Shown here piece by piece: positions 12,951 through 26,198 of a stretch of DNA of 64,000 nt (position 1 is the first letter of the stretch; each line of letters starts with the position of its first letter). The notes below the pieces were generated by a model. That model was not told where the DNA came from and ran no database searches. It saw only the letters and a list, made by a program, of their open reading frames with translations. The stretch comes from Lama glama (lineage: Eukaryota): positions 61,568,001 to 61,632,000 of the forward strand of contig CM052817.1 in NCBI GenBank assembly GCA_028534125.1, written 5' to 3'. The position numbers and the translations under genes are program-made.

Positions 12951-13429
12951 GAATACTGTAGAGGGAATTGACACATCAGGAGTATCAGAATTCCATTGTG
13001 TAATTTAACTTGCTCTGCAACCCCAGCTTCTTAAAACGTTTTTTGACAAAACTAACACATGCTTATTGCAGAAAATTTAAAGTATAGACCAGCAGGGAAA
13101 GGAAAAAAAAACTTTAATTCAATATCACTCATAGATAATTGCTGCCAATATTTTATTTTAGTCTTCTGGTCTTTTTTAGAGACAAATATATAGAAATATT
13201 TTTTACAAAATAGAATTATATTGTGCCTAACAGTTCATAAATTTTTTGCTTAATAGTAAAATACTCTATGTTCATAAATCTTAGAATATTTTTAATGTCT
13301 ACCTCTTAGTTCATCTTATGGATAGTCATATAATACTCTATTCACTTTTGATATTGAATGTTTAAATTTTTTCTTACTCTTTGTAAGACAGGATTACAAT
13401 ACATATCCATGTAGTCAAAGCTTTGTATA

Positions 13430-13608
13430 TATCTATATTGTCTATTGCTGCATTAACATATCATCCCACACTTATAGGCTTAAAACAACAAACATTTATT
13501 ATATTTTCTATGGGTCAAGAATCAGAGGCATACTGAATGGTTCTGGTTCACGGTCTTTCATAGGTTGTTGTCAAGATGTCAGCTGAGGCTGTAGTCATCC
13601 AAAGTCTT
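13430..13608 (-). mobile_element. MaLR LTR (MLT1F/G-like), left part
   Basis: 'tctattgctgcattaaca...ggcttaaaacaacaaacatttatt...ctatgggtcaagaatc...gtcaagatgtcagctgaggctgtagtcatc'. Confidence 0.75.
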
Positions 13609-14820
13609 TTTACTGAGGGGGGAATAAACAATAGCATTATTAACTATAATCACTGTGTTGTACATAGATCCCCAGAACTTTCTCATAACTGGAAATTTGT
13701 ACTCTTTGACCAACATTACTCCTTCCTACCCCCTCTACCCACACCCTCTACCCCAGGCCCCTGGTAACTACCATTCTAGTCTGTTTCTTTGAGCTTAGCT
13801 CTTTTATATCATCTCACACATAAGTGAGATCAGATGGCATTTGTCTTTCTCTGACTTCTTTCACTTAGCATAATGTCCTCAAGATCCATCTATGTTGTTG
13901 CAAATGGCAGGATGTCCTTTTTAATGGCTGAATAATATTCCATTTAATATATACCACATCTTCTTTATCCATTCATTAATTTACTGACAGATGCTTGTTG
14001 TTTCTGTATCTTGGATATTGTGAATAATACTGCAATGAACATGGAAGGACAACTATCTCTTTGCCATCCTGTTTTTATGTCCTTTGAATATATACCCAGA
14101 AGTGGGATTATTGGAATACATGGTAGTTCTAATCTCAATTTTTGAGAAACCTCCATACTGTTTTCCATAGGTGTTGCACCAATTTACATTCCCACCAACA
14201 GTTCACAAGGGTTCCCTGTTCTCCACATCTTCACTAACACTTGTTATCTCTTGCCTTTTGATGACAGCCATCCTAACAGGTGTGAGCTGGTATGTCATTG
14301 TGGCCTTGATTTGCCTTTCCCTGATGATGAGTGATGCTGAATACATTTTTATGTACCTGTGGACCATTTGTATGTGTTTTTAAGAAAGACTTTCTCTGCC
14401 CACTTTTAAATTGAATTGTTTGGTTTATGTTCTTTTGCTATCGAGCTGTATGAATTCTTTATATATTTTGGATATTAACCCTTCATTAGATACATGATTT
14501 GCAAATATTTTCTCCCATTTCATAGGTTTCCTTTTCATTTTGTTGATAGTTTCCTTTGCTGTGCAGGAGCTTTTAGTTTGATGTTGTCCCATTTGTTTTT
14601 GCTTTTGTTGCCTTTGGTGTCAAATCCAAAAAGAATCATTGCCAAGACTGATGTTAAGGAACTTACTGTTTTCTTGTAGGATTTTTATGGTTTCAGGTCT
14701 TATGTTCAAGTCTTTAACCTATTTTGCTTTGACTTTTGTGTGTAGTGTCAGGTAGGGGTCCAGTTTCATTCTTTTGCACTTGGCTGTTTAGTTCTCTCAG
14801 CACCACTTACTGAAAAATCC
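13609..14820 (-). mobile_element. L1 (L1MA-like) 3' ~1.2 kb inserted into an MLT1 LTR
   Basis: ORF 13965..14168(-) [30 protein letters not shown]...MFIAVLFTISK is L1 ORF2 C-terminal; flanked by TSD tccaaagtctt / tccgaagtctt. Confidence 0.92.
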
Positions 14821-15137
14821 TCCGAAGTCTTGCCAGAGGCTGCAGGTTTGACTTTCATGGCTCACTCTCATGGCCGGCAAGTTAGTGTTGGGTTTTGGCA
14901 GTAGACCTCAATTCCTCCCCCTGGGGTACACAATGGCAGCTGACCCATGTCCGAAAGCAAACGATCTGCCAGAAAGCCAGACAGAAGCTGTTCTTGTGAT
15001 TTAGCCTTAGAATTGGTAGAGCAGCCCTTCTGCCATGTTGTGTCTGTTAGAAGTGAGTCCTCACTGAATCTGGTCCATGTTCAAGAGGAGAGGAATATTT
15101 TTAAAAATTTTATGGGCATACTTTAAAAACCACCACA
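14821..15137 (-). mobile_element. MaLR LTR (MLT1F/G-like), right part
   Basis: 'atggctcactctcatggccggcaagttagtgttgg', 'ttctgccatgttgtgtctgttagaagtgagtc', ending 'tttaaaaaccaccaca'. Confidence 0.75.
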
Positions 15138-15672
15138 ACAATTCACCGTAAAATAAATCCCTAAAGATGAGACACGAAGAATCGAAGGATATGGAACATG
15201 TTGGGGCTTATACGTATTTCTAAATTGCCTTTCAGACAATCTGTACCAACTTTACTCCTATAGCGGTATATGTGAGCTATTTTCTTGAGCCCTAGGAAAC
15301 ACTGAGCATTCTCTTTAAAGCAAGGCCCCTGCTTGTCCAAAGGGTGCCTTTGTAAGAATCAGAAAAAGGAGCCCCCTCTCCGGGCAGACACAGGGTCCCA
15401 GCAGGGTATATGGCTTGCCAAGAGTAGCGCCCACTGGATTTCATCTCCTCCTGGTCTTCTGGTCTGGGAGCCCTTGTGCAGGCCACAACCTGCACAATCA
15501 TGCTCAATGGCCCTGTTAACATTTTTTTCCCCTAAACTACAAATTTGCCTTTTTTGTGCTCATTAAAGCGTATTTGATTTTTCTTCTCATTGTAATCATC
15601 AAAGACTAGCACTGTCGAATTCAGTTTAAATTTTTTATTATATATACACTTGAGAATAACTAAAATTTACTT

Positions 15673-15888
15673 GTTTGGGATTAATAGATATATATTACTA
15701 TATATAAAATAGACAACAAGTTTCTACTGTGTAGCATAGGGAACTATACTGAATACCTTGTAATAACCTATAATGAAAAAGAATGTGAAAAACATATGTA
15801 TGTGTATGTATAACTGAAGTACTTTGCTATATATCTGAAAGTCACATTGTAGATTGACTACACTTCAATAAAATAAGAATTTAAAAAA
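15673..15888 (+). mobile_element. Short 5'-truncated L1 3' end, cetartiodactyl (camelid-like) type
   Basis: 'ctactgtgtagcatagggaactatactgaataccttgtaataacctataatgaaaaagaat...cacattgtagattgactacacttcaataaa'; TSD aaaatttactt (15662) / aaaatttgctt (15885). Confidence 0.85.
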
Positions 15889-18800
15889 TTTGCTTTCTTA
15901 AACTATTTCTATACACATTTTACTAAGTTGGGCTGGGTTTCTTACCCTGCTTGCCCTGTCTTTAGCCACCCTCCAAAATAAAGTTTGGACTTGGCACTAT
16001 ATTACGACAAAATTGTCTGTAGAAGTGATTTCAATTTGTAATGATACAGGCAAGGTTGTTAAATGCTAGTCAGGAAAGTTAAGTATGCACTTACAAGCAT
16101 CAATTGCCCTTGACCATATTCACAGCTTCTGCTTTTTTTTTTACACTTTCATTTCCTGTGAGGGGAGATGTGATAAACCACAAAATTGGCCGTGAATCCT
16201 ACACCTGCCACAACTAGCCCTTTGGATCCTGGCACCTTTCATAGAATATACAAGCATGTTTATGCCAGTTTACTTGAGAATACAGCAGCCCATTCACGTG
16301 TTTTCTATTGTAAGAAAACATTTAAATTATGATTTTTATGCTGTCTAAACCAGGCTATAGCAACTGTCCATCGTAACGTAACCCTCTCTGTTCTTGTACA
16401 ACATCGGGATCAATTTCTCAGTAATTTCCTTACTGTTCATTTATCACTTATCCTATGTTCTTTTTAAGATTACAAATTTTCTTAACTGGTAAAAGAAAGA
16501 TCTCATAATTAAAGTTTTGAAAACCTTGACTAATATAAATGTGGATGATACTGTTAAACAATTTAACTATTTTAACTGATCTGACCATAGTGGTTGTTTT
16601 TTTTTTTTAATATTAAATTGACCATTCCGTTTAATCATGAACAGTAAAACAGTGGTTAGCATAGTTGAAGCCAGAAGCATAGCTGCTATTTTTCACCTTA
16701 AGTATTTGGGTACGATATTATCATATTCAGTCCTTCATTAAGTCTACGCTTGGAAGTAGGTGTTAAGGAGCAACAAGAACTTGGATTTACTTCCACAAGA
16801 CTCATGGGAAGTATAATTGAAACATTACTTAAAATGTAAGTGCTTTTCCGTCAAAAATTTAAAACTGAGAGATGACTTTTCCAGGTGTCAAATAAGCCCT
16901 GATTTAAAAAAAAAATGACAGTCGCTAACACTTATTAAATTATATTCTTTATAGCAAACAAATAAAAATGAGTTCCACTATCTAAAAAGCAAGCAAACTT
17001 ACTCATAAAAAATGAATGGTTACCTCTAAATACATATGAGTTAAGTAATGTTCATGAAGGTGAATGAATTCTAATGACTAAAAACTAAGCCAACTGATGG
17101 CTTGGAATACACTCAGAAATAGCCTGATTTGATCATTAGATCAAGCAAAACAGTTTTATGGAAATCTCAGTTCTCAGTATCTTCTTTATTACATTGTAGA
17201 AATATTTTTTGCCTCTAAAATGTCACTGTCCTTTCTTAGTTGTCAACCTGGACTTTACATCAGTGGAGAGAATGGTGTGAGAAAAAGCTTTAAGTGGGCC
17301 AAGAGTTTTGCTTAAATCAATTTCTGTTAAAGTGCTTTTTCATTTATCACCTCTGAAAGGACATTTAACAAAGGCCCTCTGATGTAACTTTTGTCAGAGT
17401 ACCAGGTAAACTGCTGCTTAAACATTAGCTTAGTCTAGAGGCTGAGTCCTGAGGAGGGAGGGGCAGTCTTCAAACTTCAATCTGTATGAGGAAATGAATT
17501 TATTAAGTTGAGCTGCTCCTTCTGAAACAATCTGTCACTTAGGGCTTAACAGTTTCATGTCCAGAGTGAGAACTCGCGTGCAGAGCATGATCCAGGGGAT
17601 TATGATATTTAAAGGTTAAAAAAAGATGGGTGGATCACTGGAAATATCCTTTCCGATGCAACAGTATAAAAGGTTTTATGTGTACTGTGAACCTGGAATA
17701 TTTGGATCTTGTCGGGGAAAGTTGACTCTGCTGGCAGAGTTTCCTGATTTTTTTTTCTTGTTTTTATGTTGTATTGGTTTGTAGCACTGAAACTGGACTT
17801 CAAAGTAAAGTGGAGATTTTACATATGTGGAGAGTAAATCATTTCTATGAGGCATTTTCATAGGTTTAGTTACATTCTTGTAAGTGATCAGAGTCCAAGG
17901 ACAAATAAGAATGTTTAAGGGGAGATGATACCTGTATTAAATGATCTTAATACTTAATGTAAAGTGATTTTGAGGGCTAAATGTAAAATGGCTTTGAGGG
18001 TAAAATGTATCTGAATTAGTCTCTCCTTTCTCAGCATCACCACTTTGGCAGTGACGTTCTGTGCATAGACCAAATTAGAGGTAGGCAATAAATTGCAACG
18101 CAAATGCAAAGATTGTGCCTCCACCAAACCTGGCCACACCACCAATGTTTATTGGAACTTTTTCTTTTTTAATACCACTTGGAATTTGGAAGGAAAGAGA
18201 AAATCTTTTCTGTTTTTTTCACTCATGCTGGATGTAGTCAGGAAAAAAGAGCACCCATGGGGATTTTAGTATTTATTTCTGTTTAAATAAAAATATGAAG
18301 AGAGCAAGAAAAACCTGAACGTGTGTGTACTCCCCCCGCCGTCCCCCACCCCCCGGGACATGGCTGTTATTCAGAATGAGGGAAACACAGAATGAGATGC
18401 TATATAGAGGAGAATCTGTGATTATGGACATCCAGGGTGAAATGCATTGACTAATAATTATGTTTCTTGACAAGACTCTTGGAGAAATATATAGCACAGT
18501 ACTCTGGCACATGAGGTGCTCAATAAATATATATATATTTTTTTAACACACTAGAACCCAAGATCCTCGAGGCCTCCAGGGACCTTCAAGCTCCCTGAAT
18601 GTCTCACGCAGTGATTTCTGGGAGTTGGAAAGGAACGTCTTGTTGAACTGGAAAGCAGGTCTGTCATGATCTCTACTTCGGCCCCCTTCTTGATTTCTGC
18701 TAATTAGAAACCACTTGAGAGGCTCAACATGATGGTGCTAATATCTCTGCCAAGCTGCAGCCTTCTGGTCTTCTGCACGGGGCCACTAGTAGGTCTGTGT

Positions 18801-20334
18801 AGGACCGTAAAGTTTATGTCCTGCACAACCTCAGGGAGCACCATTTCCACATGCTGAAATGTGAATGGCATTGCCTGGAATTGTGCAACAGTTCTTTGCT
18901 TGCTTTCCTGCAAGGCTTTGCTTGCATTACCTCTGGGTATTAAAAAAAAAAAATAGTGCTGTATTTCCTGGAGCTCGCCATGTGCCAGTGGCTTGTGTGT
19001 TAGTGTGGAAATGGGGGACATGCTCTCTGCTTCTGTGCTGTGACACACTTGGACACCTGAGCACTGACATAGCAGTACTTTTATCCTGTTCTTACAAACA
19101 GCAGCTTCAGCTTCTGGATACAGCCTCTGTCGACACAAGGCCCAGTCAGGTGCAGTGGGACCAAGATTTAAGCAGAATGGATTGCTGACCCCTTCTCCTA
19201 GTCTTGACTCTCTGTGCCCATGAAAACCTTTGACCCAGCTCTAAGAGATCCTAAAACCTATAGATTAGGCATGCTTGTCATGTTTGATTTCCTGTTTGGG
19301 ATCAAGCTTGGACCCTTGCTAGAATTTAAGTGAATAAATGCACGAGTAACTGGATTTTGGTATCCATATACAGTCTCAGTTTATCTGTTAAATTTGGTTT
19401 CTGATGGAAAAAGAAAAGCCTGTATGTGGTATTAGTTGGTATAGTGAAATTTGAACCTGGGATCTCATTGTCTGTTGGAAGGATAAGTTAATTATTATGT
19501 TTTTTTAATGTAGTTAGACCCTCTTTGTGTGATTGAATGGAAAAAGCTTTGAGTTTGTTATAGAATCCTCACAAAAGTTCCTCATAAAAAGGCCATAAAA
19601 TGGACAGTACAAGTCAGTGCAACATATCCGCTGGAGGAATTGTAACAGTTTCAGGGTTCTGCTTGGTTTGCTTTAAATGATGGGTACCTAATGGTCCCTA
19701 GTGCATCTTTAACGTAAGTAATTTTCTTTTAATTTTAAAACAAAACCTTGGTTACCCTTAAGCCACAGGGGAAATTGTGGTTTTCTGTTTCAGGGTGAAT
19801 TAACTGTTCAAAGCATCCTGTTTCCAGGACCTATAACTCCCTGATGGGAAGTGTGAGAGCCTCTAGCCTGAATGCCGTGATCTGCATTCACACACCTGTT
19901 CAGCCCAAGATCCTGCATCCAGAGTCTACGGACGCAGGTTAGGGAGGACCCAGAGCTATTTTGCTCTTGTGTAGTTTGTTTTTTTGAAGCATGGCAGTTC
20001 TAACCAGTCTGTACTACTTGAATATCTCCCAGTTACCTTAGAATACACTGATTGGATTGATTGAAACCTTTTAAAAAGTGCTTAGTCTAAATTCCTCATC
20101 CTGCTAACAACGTCCTTAATAACATGACCCCAGCCTATCTTTTGCACTGTTTTCTAATAGCTCTAGCTGCACAGCCAATGCCCCAGCCAGCAGTAAACAA
20201 AGTGACATTGTCCATATCCATCCCAGCACACTTCTGTCAGTGTGCCCGCCATCCCTTCTGTCTCGAATGTTCCGCCTTCTCTTTTCCACATTACAGTGTC
20301 ATTCATCCTTAATAACTGGGAATCTCTAGGGCTG

Positions 20335-20730
20335 TTTACAGATGATCAGCTTCTCCTGCTTTCAGGCATTTGGTTGGATTGCTCTTCCCCATTCCATTTT
20401 TATTCAGATGTGGTCCTGTGATTTGCAGTTTCCAGTGTGTTACGAGCAGATGTGCTATGTTATTGGGCAGAAATTTCCTGGCAGAAATTGAGAGGAATGA
20501 GAGGTCCTGACTCCCCTGGCCCCAGCCCCCTGCTGCAGTTCTCAGGAAGGCATGTGTTGACATGATGTCTTTGTCACCTGATCGCCTAGTGACGATGTTG
20601 AGCAGCAGATCCCTGCTAACTAGACCTTGATGTGTAATGTGAGAGACATTTTTGTGTCTGTGTTAAATCAACAGAAGTTGTGGTGGTATTTGTTACCATG
20701 GCTTAACCTCACCTGTCCTAGCTGATATCA
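20335..20730 (+). mobile_element. MaLR LTR (MLT1H/I-like) within L2 fragments
   Basis: 'gatgtggtcctgtgatttgc', 'gatgtgtaatgtgagaga', ending 'tttgttaccatggcttaacctcacctgtcctagctgatatca'. Confidence 0.6.
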
Positions 20731-21342
20731 TAACTGAATCCAACTCAAATCTTGGTTTATCTTAGAAGCCCTCTGCCCACCTCTCCTGCACATTGATCAC
20801 AAACTCTCTCAGCACTTTCATAATGCTTTGAACGTAACTTCATCATTTTTACTCTTGCCACAGTACATGGTGAATTTTGTTTCCATGACCGTTTCCCATG
20901 TCATCCTTTGAACACCCCAAGGAAAAGACTATATCTTAGTCACCGTCATTACCTTCCCCTGCCTTCTAACCTTTCTCCTTTTCTAGCACATTGCTTGGCA
21001 CTTGGTTGATATTCAATGACTTTTTAAATAAATGAGAAAACCTACTTTCCTCTTACGATCAAAAGAGGGTTTTTTGTTTTTTTTTAGCAGCTCCTTTGTT
21101 CAAACAGGGAAAAAACTTCATGAGCTTAATCAGGCCAAGAATTTTTTTGGTTGTTCATTTAAAGTCAAGAATGTATTAAATTTATTTAAATAGCTATTCT
21201 ATACTAAAATAATTCCAAAGGAGGACAATCACTTTATTGGTAATGTTTACAATTAGCACCAAAATCTGCATCTCATAATTGAAGCACTTCTTACTTTACT
21301 CACATCAAGATAATTGTTAATATTGTGTCTGCTTATGAATGT

Positions 21343-21845
21343 TTCATTCATTCAGTAAATATTTGACTGTCTATGCTGTGTCTCGTACTGTGCTAGGCGC
21401 TCGGGATACAGTGATTGAATAAAACATAATCCCTAACACCAGGGAGCTTATAGCTTAGGGGGCCAGAGATTAAAAAAAAGGTAATTATAATGTAATATAG
21501 TGTGGACCATAATCGAGACACACACAGGGCATTATTTATGAACACAGAAGCATTAGTCCCGCCTGAAAAGTCTGAATCAGGAGAGTCACGCGATCCCATG
21601 CACAGCCCTGCGGTTTCACTCTGGCTGCAGGATGGCTTGCTTTTGTTCTGTGTGATGATGGCCTAACCTTGCACAGTGCTAGTAGAATGGAGGAGAGGTA
21701 AAACTGGAGAATCTTAGTGCTCGGGTTGATGTGGGAGTAAGGGAAGGGAGAAGTCAAAGGTGACACCCAGGTGCTAGCTCGTGTGACTGGGGATATGATG
21801 GTGCCCCAGGTTAAGACCACAGAAGGAGAAGCAAATTTAGATAGA
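21343..21845 (-). mobile_element. L2 LINE 3' fragment
   Basis: 'ttcattcattcagtaaatatttgactgtctatgctgtgtctcgtactgtgctaggcgctcgggatacag' and 'gaagtcaaaggtgacacccagg'. Confidence 0.75.
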
Positions 21846-22714
21846 CCCTAAATGGGGCATCACATGATGTATATTATAAAGGGGCCTTGGAGCTGAGAGT
21901 TGGTAAGGTATTCCCAAAACCTGCAAAGGCCAACAAAGCACTGTGATGCTTTCTCAGTGGTGGCAGATAGAAGATGAAATAATTTTTCCTTTATTTTTGA
22001 AGGGATTTCCCTACATGCCCTTTAGAAAGGTCACTGATGCTGCAGACTCCTGAACCTTGGTAGGGATTATCCCCCATCCTCTGGAGTTGATGTATCCTGC
22101 AAGACAGACTTACGTGTCATCTTTAAGTAAGGTTAGGAGTGTCAGCCTTCAAAGGAGAGGAGGGGGCCAATTTTACAGGCCCAAAGGGTTCAGCAGAATC
22201 TGGAATGTCAAAGGTCTTGAGTGCACTGACTGAGATGTTCCTACCCCAAGTCTCAGATCTTTCCCAATCAGCTCATTGTAATCAAGCTCATGTGTCAGGT
22301 TTGAGAATGCAAGCTTCTGGATTTCACTCTTTCTAATGGAGTTCAAAGCCCAGTGCTAAGCGTTTTCTACCCTCCAGCTGCAGGAGATGAGCTGCCTCCT
22401 ATGCTGCCAAGGAGTCTCTTACTCACTCTTAAAATTTGTGATTGATTATCGGCGTCTTCTTTATATTTTTCTAGTGCATCAGTAACGCCCAGCAACTGAT
22501 TCCATGGTTCTTAACAATCGCTTCTCCTTCCGTACATCTCAAATGCCTGAGATCCCAGCACCCTTCGGTCCATTCCCTTCCACTGGCATCCTGTACTCCT
22601 TCACTGCTGGTGAACAATTGCCTTGCTACAGTGTGCCAGAGGCTTTCAGATTCCACCTCCGATCCCCCTCCACAGCTCCATTATAGAATTGTTCTAGGAC
22701 ACTTCCAGTTTCAA

Positions 22715-23146
22715 GTCCTACATTGGGTTTCCTGGAAATGGACTCTGAGATGCAGGTTTGCATGTAACAGATTTATTGGGGAGTGTTTCTTCCTGTGAGG
22801 CAGTGAAGAAGGCATGGTTAGGGAGAGAAGTCAGTTGCAACAGAGGCCCTGGCTGATCCTGTAGGATTTCTGCAAATGGAATGATCCTTCAGAATTGTCC
22901 CAAATTGAAGCCAGGGCCCTGAGGACTTCAAACAAAATACCGCATTAACCAGTGATGGAGTACAAGCAGTCTCTGAGAATAGGACATGACGTTGGGTGAG
23001 GCAGCTATCCATATGTATAGCCAAAAGTGATTCCCATAGACTCGTAAGCCAAATTATTATTATTAGCTGTGGAATTGGGGGAGGGAAGGGATAGGTGCCT
23101 TGGTCCAAAGCAGGTGATCTGGGTGGCACACCACAGTATCACTGCA
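22715..23146 (-). mobile_element. ERVL solo LTR (LTR16-like)
   Basis: 'ggactctgagatgcaggtttgcatgtaacagatttattggggagtg' through 'gatctgggtggcacaccacagtatcactgca' matches the antisense LTR16 layout. Confidence 0.7.
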
Positions 23147-23269
23147 GTTAAGGATCACTGTTTCTGGGATGCTAGGAAGAGAGGGGACAAGAGGATTTCA
23201 AGGAGAGGAAGAGATGAACAGATTCATGTCCCTCCCTGCCCACTTTCATTGCCACTTTCTAATTCAACC

Positions 23270-23790
23270 AAGATGTAGAGGAAAGAGCATTCTCTTTGGA
23301 GTCAGACCCATTTTCAAATTACAGTCTGAAATTTGCTAGCTGTGTGACCCTAGACAAAGTATTTAAACTTGAGTTTGTTAGCTGTAAAGTGAGGCAAAGA
23401 ATACTTTCACATGGGGCTATCCTAAAGATGAGTTAATAGTTAACACTCACTGAGCTCTTAGTACAGACTAGATGCTCTTCTCAGTGCGTCAAGTGGACAA
23501 ATTGATGTGCTTGTACTAACCCTGCCAGGGAGGGACTATTCCCAGTCATGTCACAGATGAGGATAACTGAAGCACAAACATGTTCAATGCCTCCTCCAAG
23601 ATTTCAAACCCAGTAAGTGACAGAGTTGGAGATTTGAACTTCCACAGTCAATGTCGGAGACTTGACCTTTAACTATTATCTTAACTATATCCTATCTTGC
23701 TTTGCTTTCTTTAAGGAAAATATTTTATTAAAAGAACTCATGGAGGTAGAGTGCCTGTCACAAAGTAGACACTCAGTGAATGTTAATTTC
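23270..23790. mobile_element. MIR cluster: a + strand MIR interrupted by a - strand MIR (about 23440-23680)
   Basis: + core 'ttggagtcagaccc...ctagctgtgtgaccctagacaaagtatttaa'; - core 'acagatgaggataactgaagcaca...agtaagtgacagagttggagatttgaac'; + tail 'agtgcctgtcacaaagtagacactcagtgaatgtta'. Confidence 0.65.
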
Positions 23791-24520
23791 CTTCCAGTTT
23801 CCTCTTGGATGGATTTCTAGAACTGTCTAGTATAGATTAGTGTTCCGGCCCTGTTCTCACACGCCTCATATGATAGGCTGTGGTCTCAAGTGCTCATGAT
23901 AACACTATTTTTACTCACACATGTGTTTTATTCATGTTGGTGTTCATATGTTGCATGTGTTGCAAAATAATCGCTCAAAACATTTGTTAAATGAAAGGAT
24001 AAATGGCCAGGAACATTTTTAAGAGTTTCTAGAAATACTGTAACATAACTGTGGTGGTTTGACTACTATATACATTTGTCAAAACTTACTGCATTATATG
24101 CTTAAATGGGTAAATGTTGTTATGTGTAAATTATCCTTAAGTAAAGCTGATTAAAAAATAGTTTTGACTCTTAGTAAAGTGAAAAGCAGCTTTCTGTAGT
24201 ACATCTAATCACTATGGGATACTGAGCGTTTTCTATCACTAGAAAGGGCATCTAGTACAATTAGGTCAGCCATTGCAGAAAGATTAAGTTTCTAGTTCAA
24301 CCAAGATAATGTAACAACTTGGCTCAATGTTTCTCTAATTGATTTACTGTTTCCTCTCTGTTGCTTCTGTTAGTCTGAGAGTACTTTGAGTAAATTTTAA
24401 TTTTAATTTTAAACATGACTTACTAAATTTTCTAGGAAATTGAACCTCAATGGCGCTGTCATGCTGGCCATATCCATAAAGCACAATGGATAGGAAACAG
24501 CGTATTGTCTTACAGTCCAG

Positions 24521-25570
24521 CTTTATATTTTTGATGGTATTGTAAATGGCATCTTTTAAAAATTATATTTCTGTTTGTTTGCTGGCTATTAGGAATACAG
24601 TTGCCTTTTATATATTTTGTATCCACCACTCTTACTAATCTACAACTTCTAATAATTATCATGAAGATACTATTACACTTTGTCTTTCTTTCACATTTAA
24701 GTTTTAATCTGTCTGGATTTCATGATTAAACCAAATTCTTATTTCTTTCCTCTACCTTCCTCCTTCCTTCTCTCTCTCCCCTCCACCCCCCTCTCCCAGT
24801 CTCTCTTCCCATCTGTCTCTCTGAACCTTTCTTCCTGTCTTTCTCTCCCTGTCTCGTTCCTTTTTTTTCTTTATATGTCTAATCTGTGGTCTTGATAGCA
24901 TTTACTATAAAGTCCATCTTTTCCTCGCTGTTTTTCAATGCAAGTACTATAAAAATCAAGTTTCCACAAATGTATAGATGTGTTTCTTGGTTCTTTCATT
25001 CTGTTCCATAGGTCAGTTTGTCCATATTTGCACCAACAGCAGACTGCATTAATTCCTATAGCTCTATATTAATGTTACCTAGTGGAACCCCTGCCCCCCA
25101 ACTTGTTCTTTCTTCTTTGTAGTGACTTAGCCCTTTTCACTTGCATGTAAATTTAGAAATGGCATTCCAAGATCATGTACCCTCATGATATTTTGAGTGT
25201 TGGTTAGATTGGTATTTAATCTGCAGATCAGTTTGGGAGAAATGAACACCTTTAGGATTGTGAGGCAATCTATGATCATGGAATTTTTTTCCATCGTCTT
25301 TAATGTCATACCAGAAGACTCTACAGTGTTCTTTGTAAAGACCTCTTAAAGATTTTTATCTAGTACTTTATATTTTTTGATGGTATTGTAAATAATGTCT
25401 TTAAAAATTACATTTCTATTTGTTTGCTGGCCTATAGGACTATTAATTGACTTTTATATATTTTGAATCTACCGTTCTTACTAATCTATGACTTCTAATA
25501 TTTACTCTGAGGATTCTTTTGCATTTTTATGTAGGCAGTTATAGCATCTGTGAATAACCATATATTTTTT
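24521..25570 (-). mobile_element. Old L1M ORF2 fragments containing a ~150 bp duplication
   Basis: ORF 25127..25309(-) LKVFISPKLICRLN resembles L1 ORF2 KMSILPKLIYRFN; 'attggtatttaatctgcagatcagtttgggagaaatgaac'. Confidence 0.7.
24748..24872. repeat. Pyrimidine-rich (CT) low-complexity tract
   Basis: Almost exclusively C/T: 'ccttcctccttccttctctctctcccctccacccccctctccc...'. Confidence 0.85.
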
Positions 25571-26049
25571 TCTTATTCTGCTGACTTGGACCTCTTCTGA
25601 GTATGTAAAAATAAAAAATTTTACCTTTCATATAAATATCTAAAATTTAGGGTATGACTACATGAAATCACTCAACTACCATATGATTTATTCAGAATTA
25701 CATGTATTAATTTGATGATCCCACTCTAAAGAGAACATGGTAAATCAGATCAAACCCAGCTCACAGAACCACATAGTCTTACTTTTCCAAATGTAGAAGG
25801 CTGTGTAATTCTTTCACGACTGGCTTCCCTCACCTTAAGAAGCAGAGGAAGCAGGGATGCTGTTCTGTTCATCATTGTTTCCTCCAGAGCCTAGCATATT
25901 TCTGGCACATGATGCACCTCTACTAAATATTCGTTAAATAGATAAATTAACGTATGCAAGAAGTCATTTGGAGACTGATAATTAGGCGTTTGGCTTCATG
26001 GCCTGCATGAGGGCCATAGATGTATTCCACGCTGATTGTCTTTATTCAT

Positions 26050-26198
26050 GCTGCTTGAAACGATGTTTCTGCGCCAGCAGGTATCACCATCACCTTGGAG
26101 AGTGTTAGAAATGCAGAAACTCAAACCCCACCCCAAATCTGCATTTTTACAGGATCCCCAGGCAATTCGTAGGCTCTTTAGTATGGGAAGCCTTGCTC
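26050..26198. mobile_element. MER5A-like hAT MITE
   Basis: 'ccagcaggtatcaccatcaccttggagagtgttagaaatgcagaaactc...aaatctgcatttttacaggatccccaggcaattcgt'. Confidence 0.75.

Noticed and set aside
18704..19188. Overlapping 144 aa (-) and 107 aa (+) ORFs
   Set aside because: No recognisable domain, an internal A/T homopolymer and no supporting exon structure; consistent with chance
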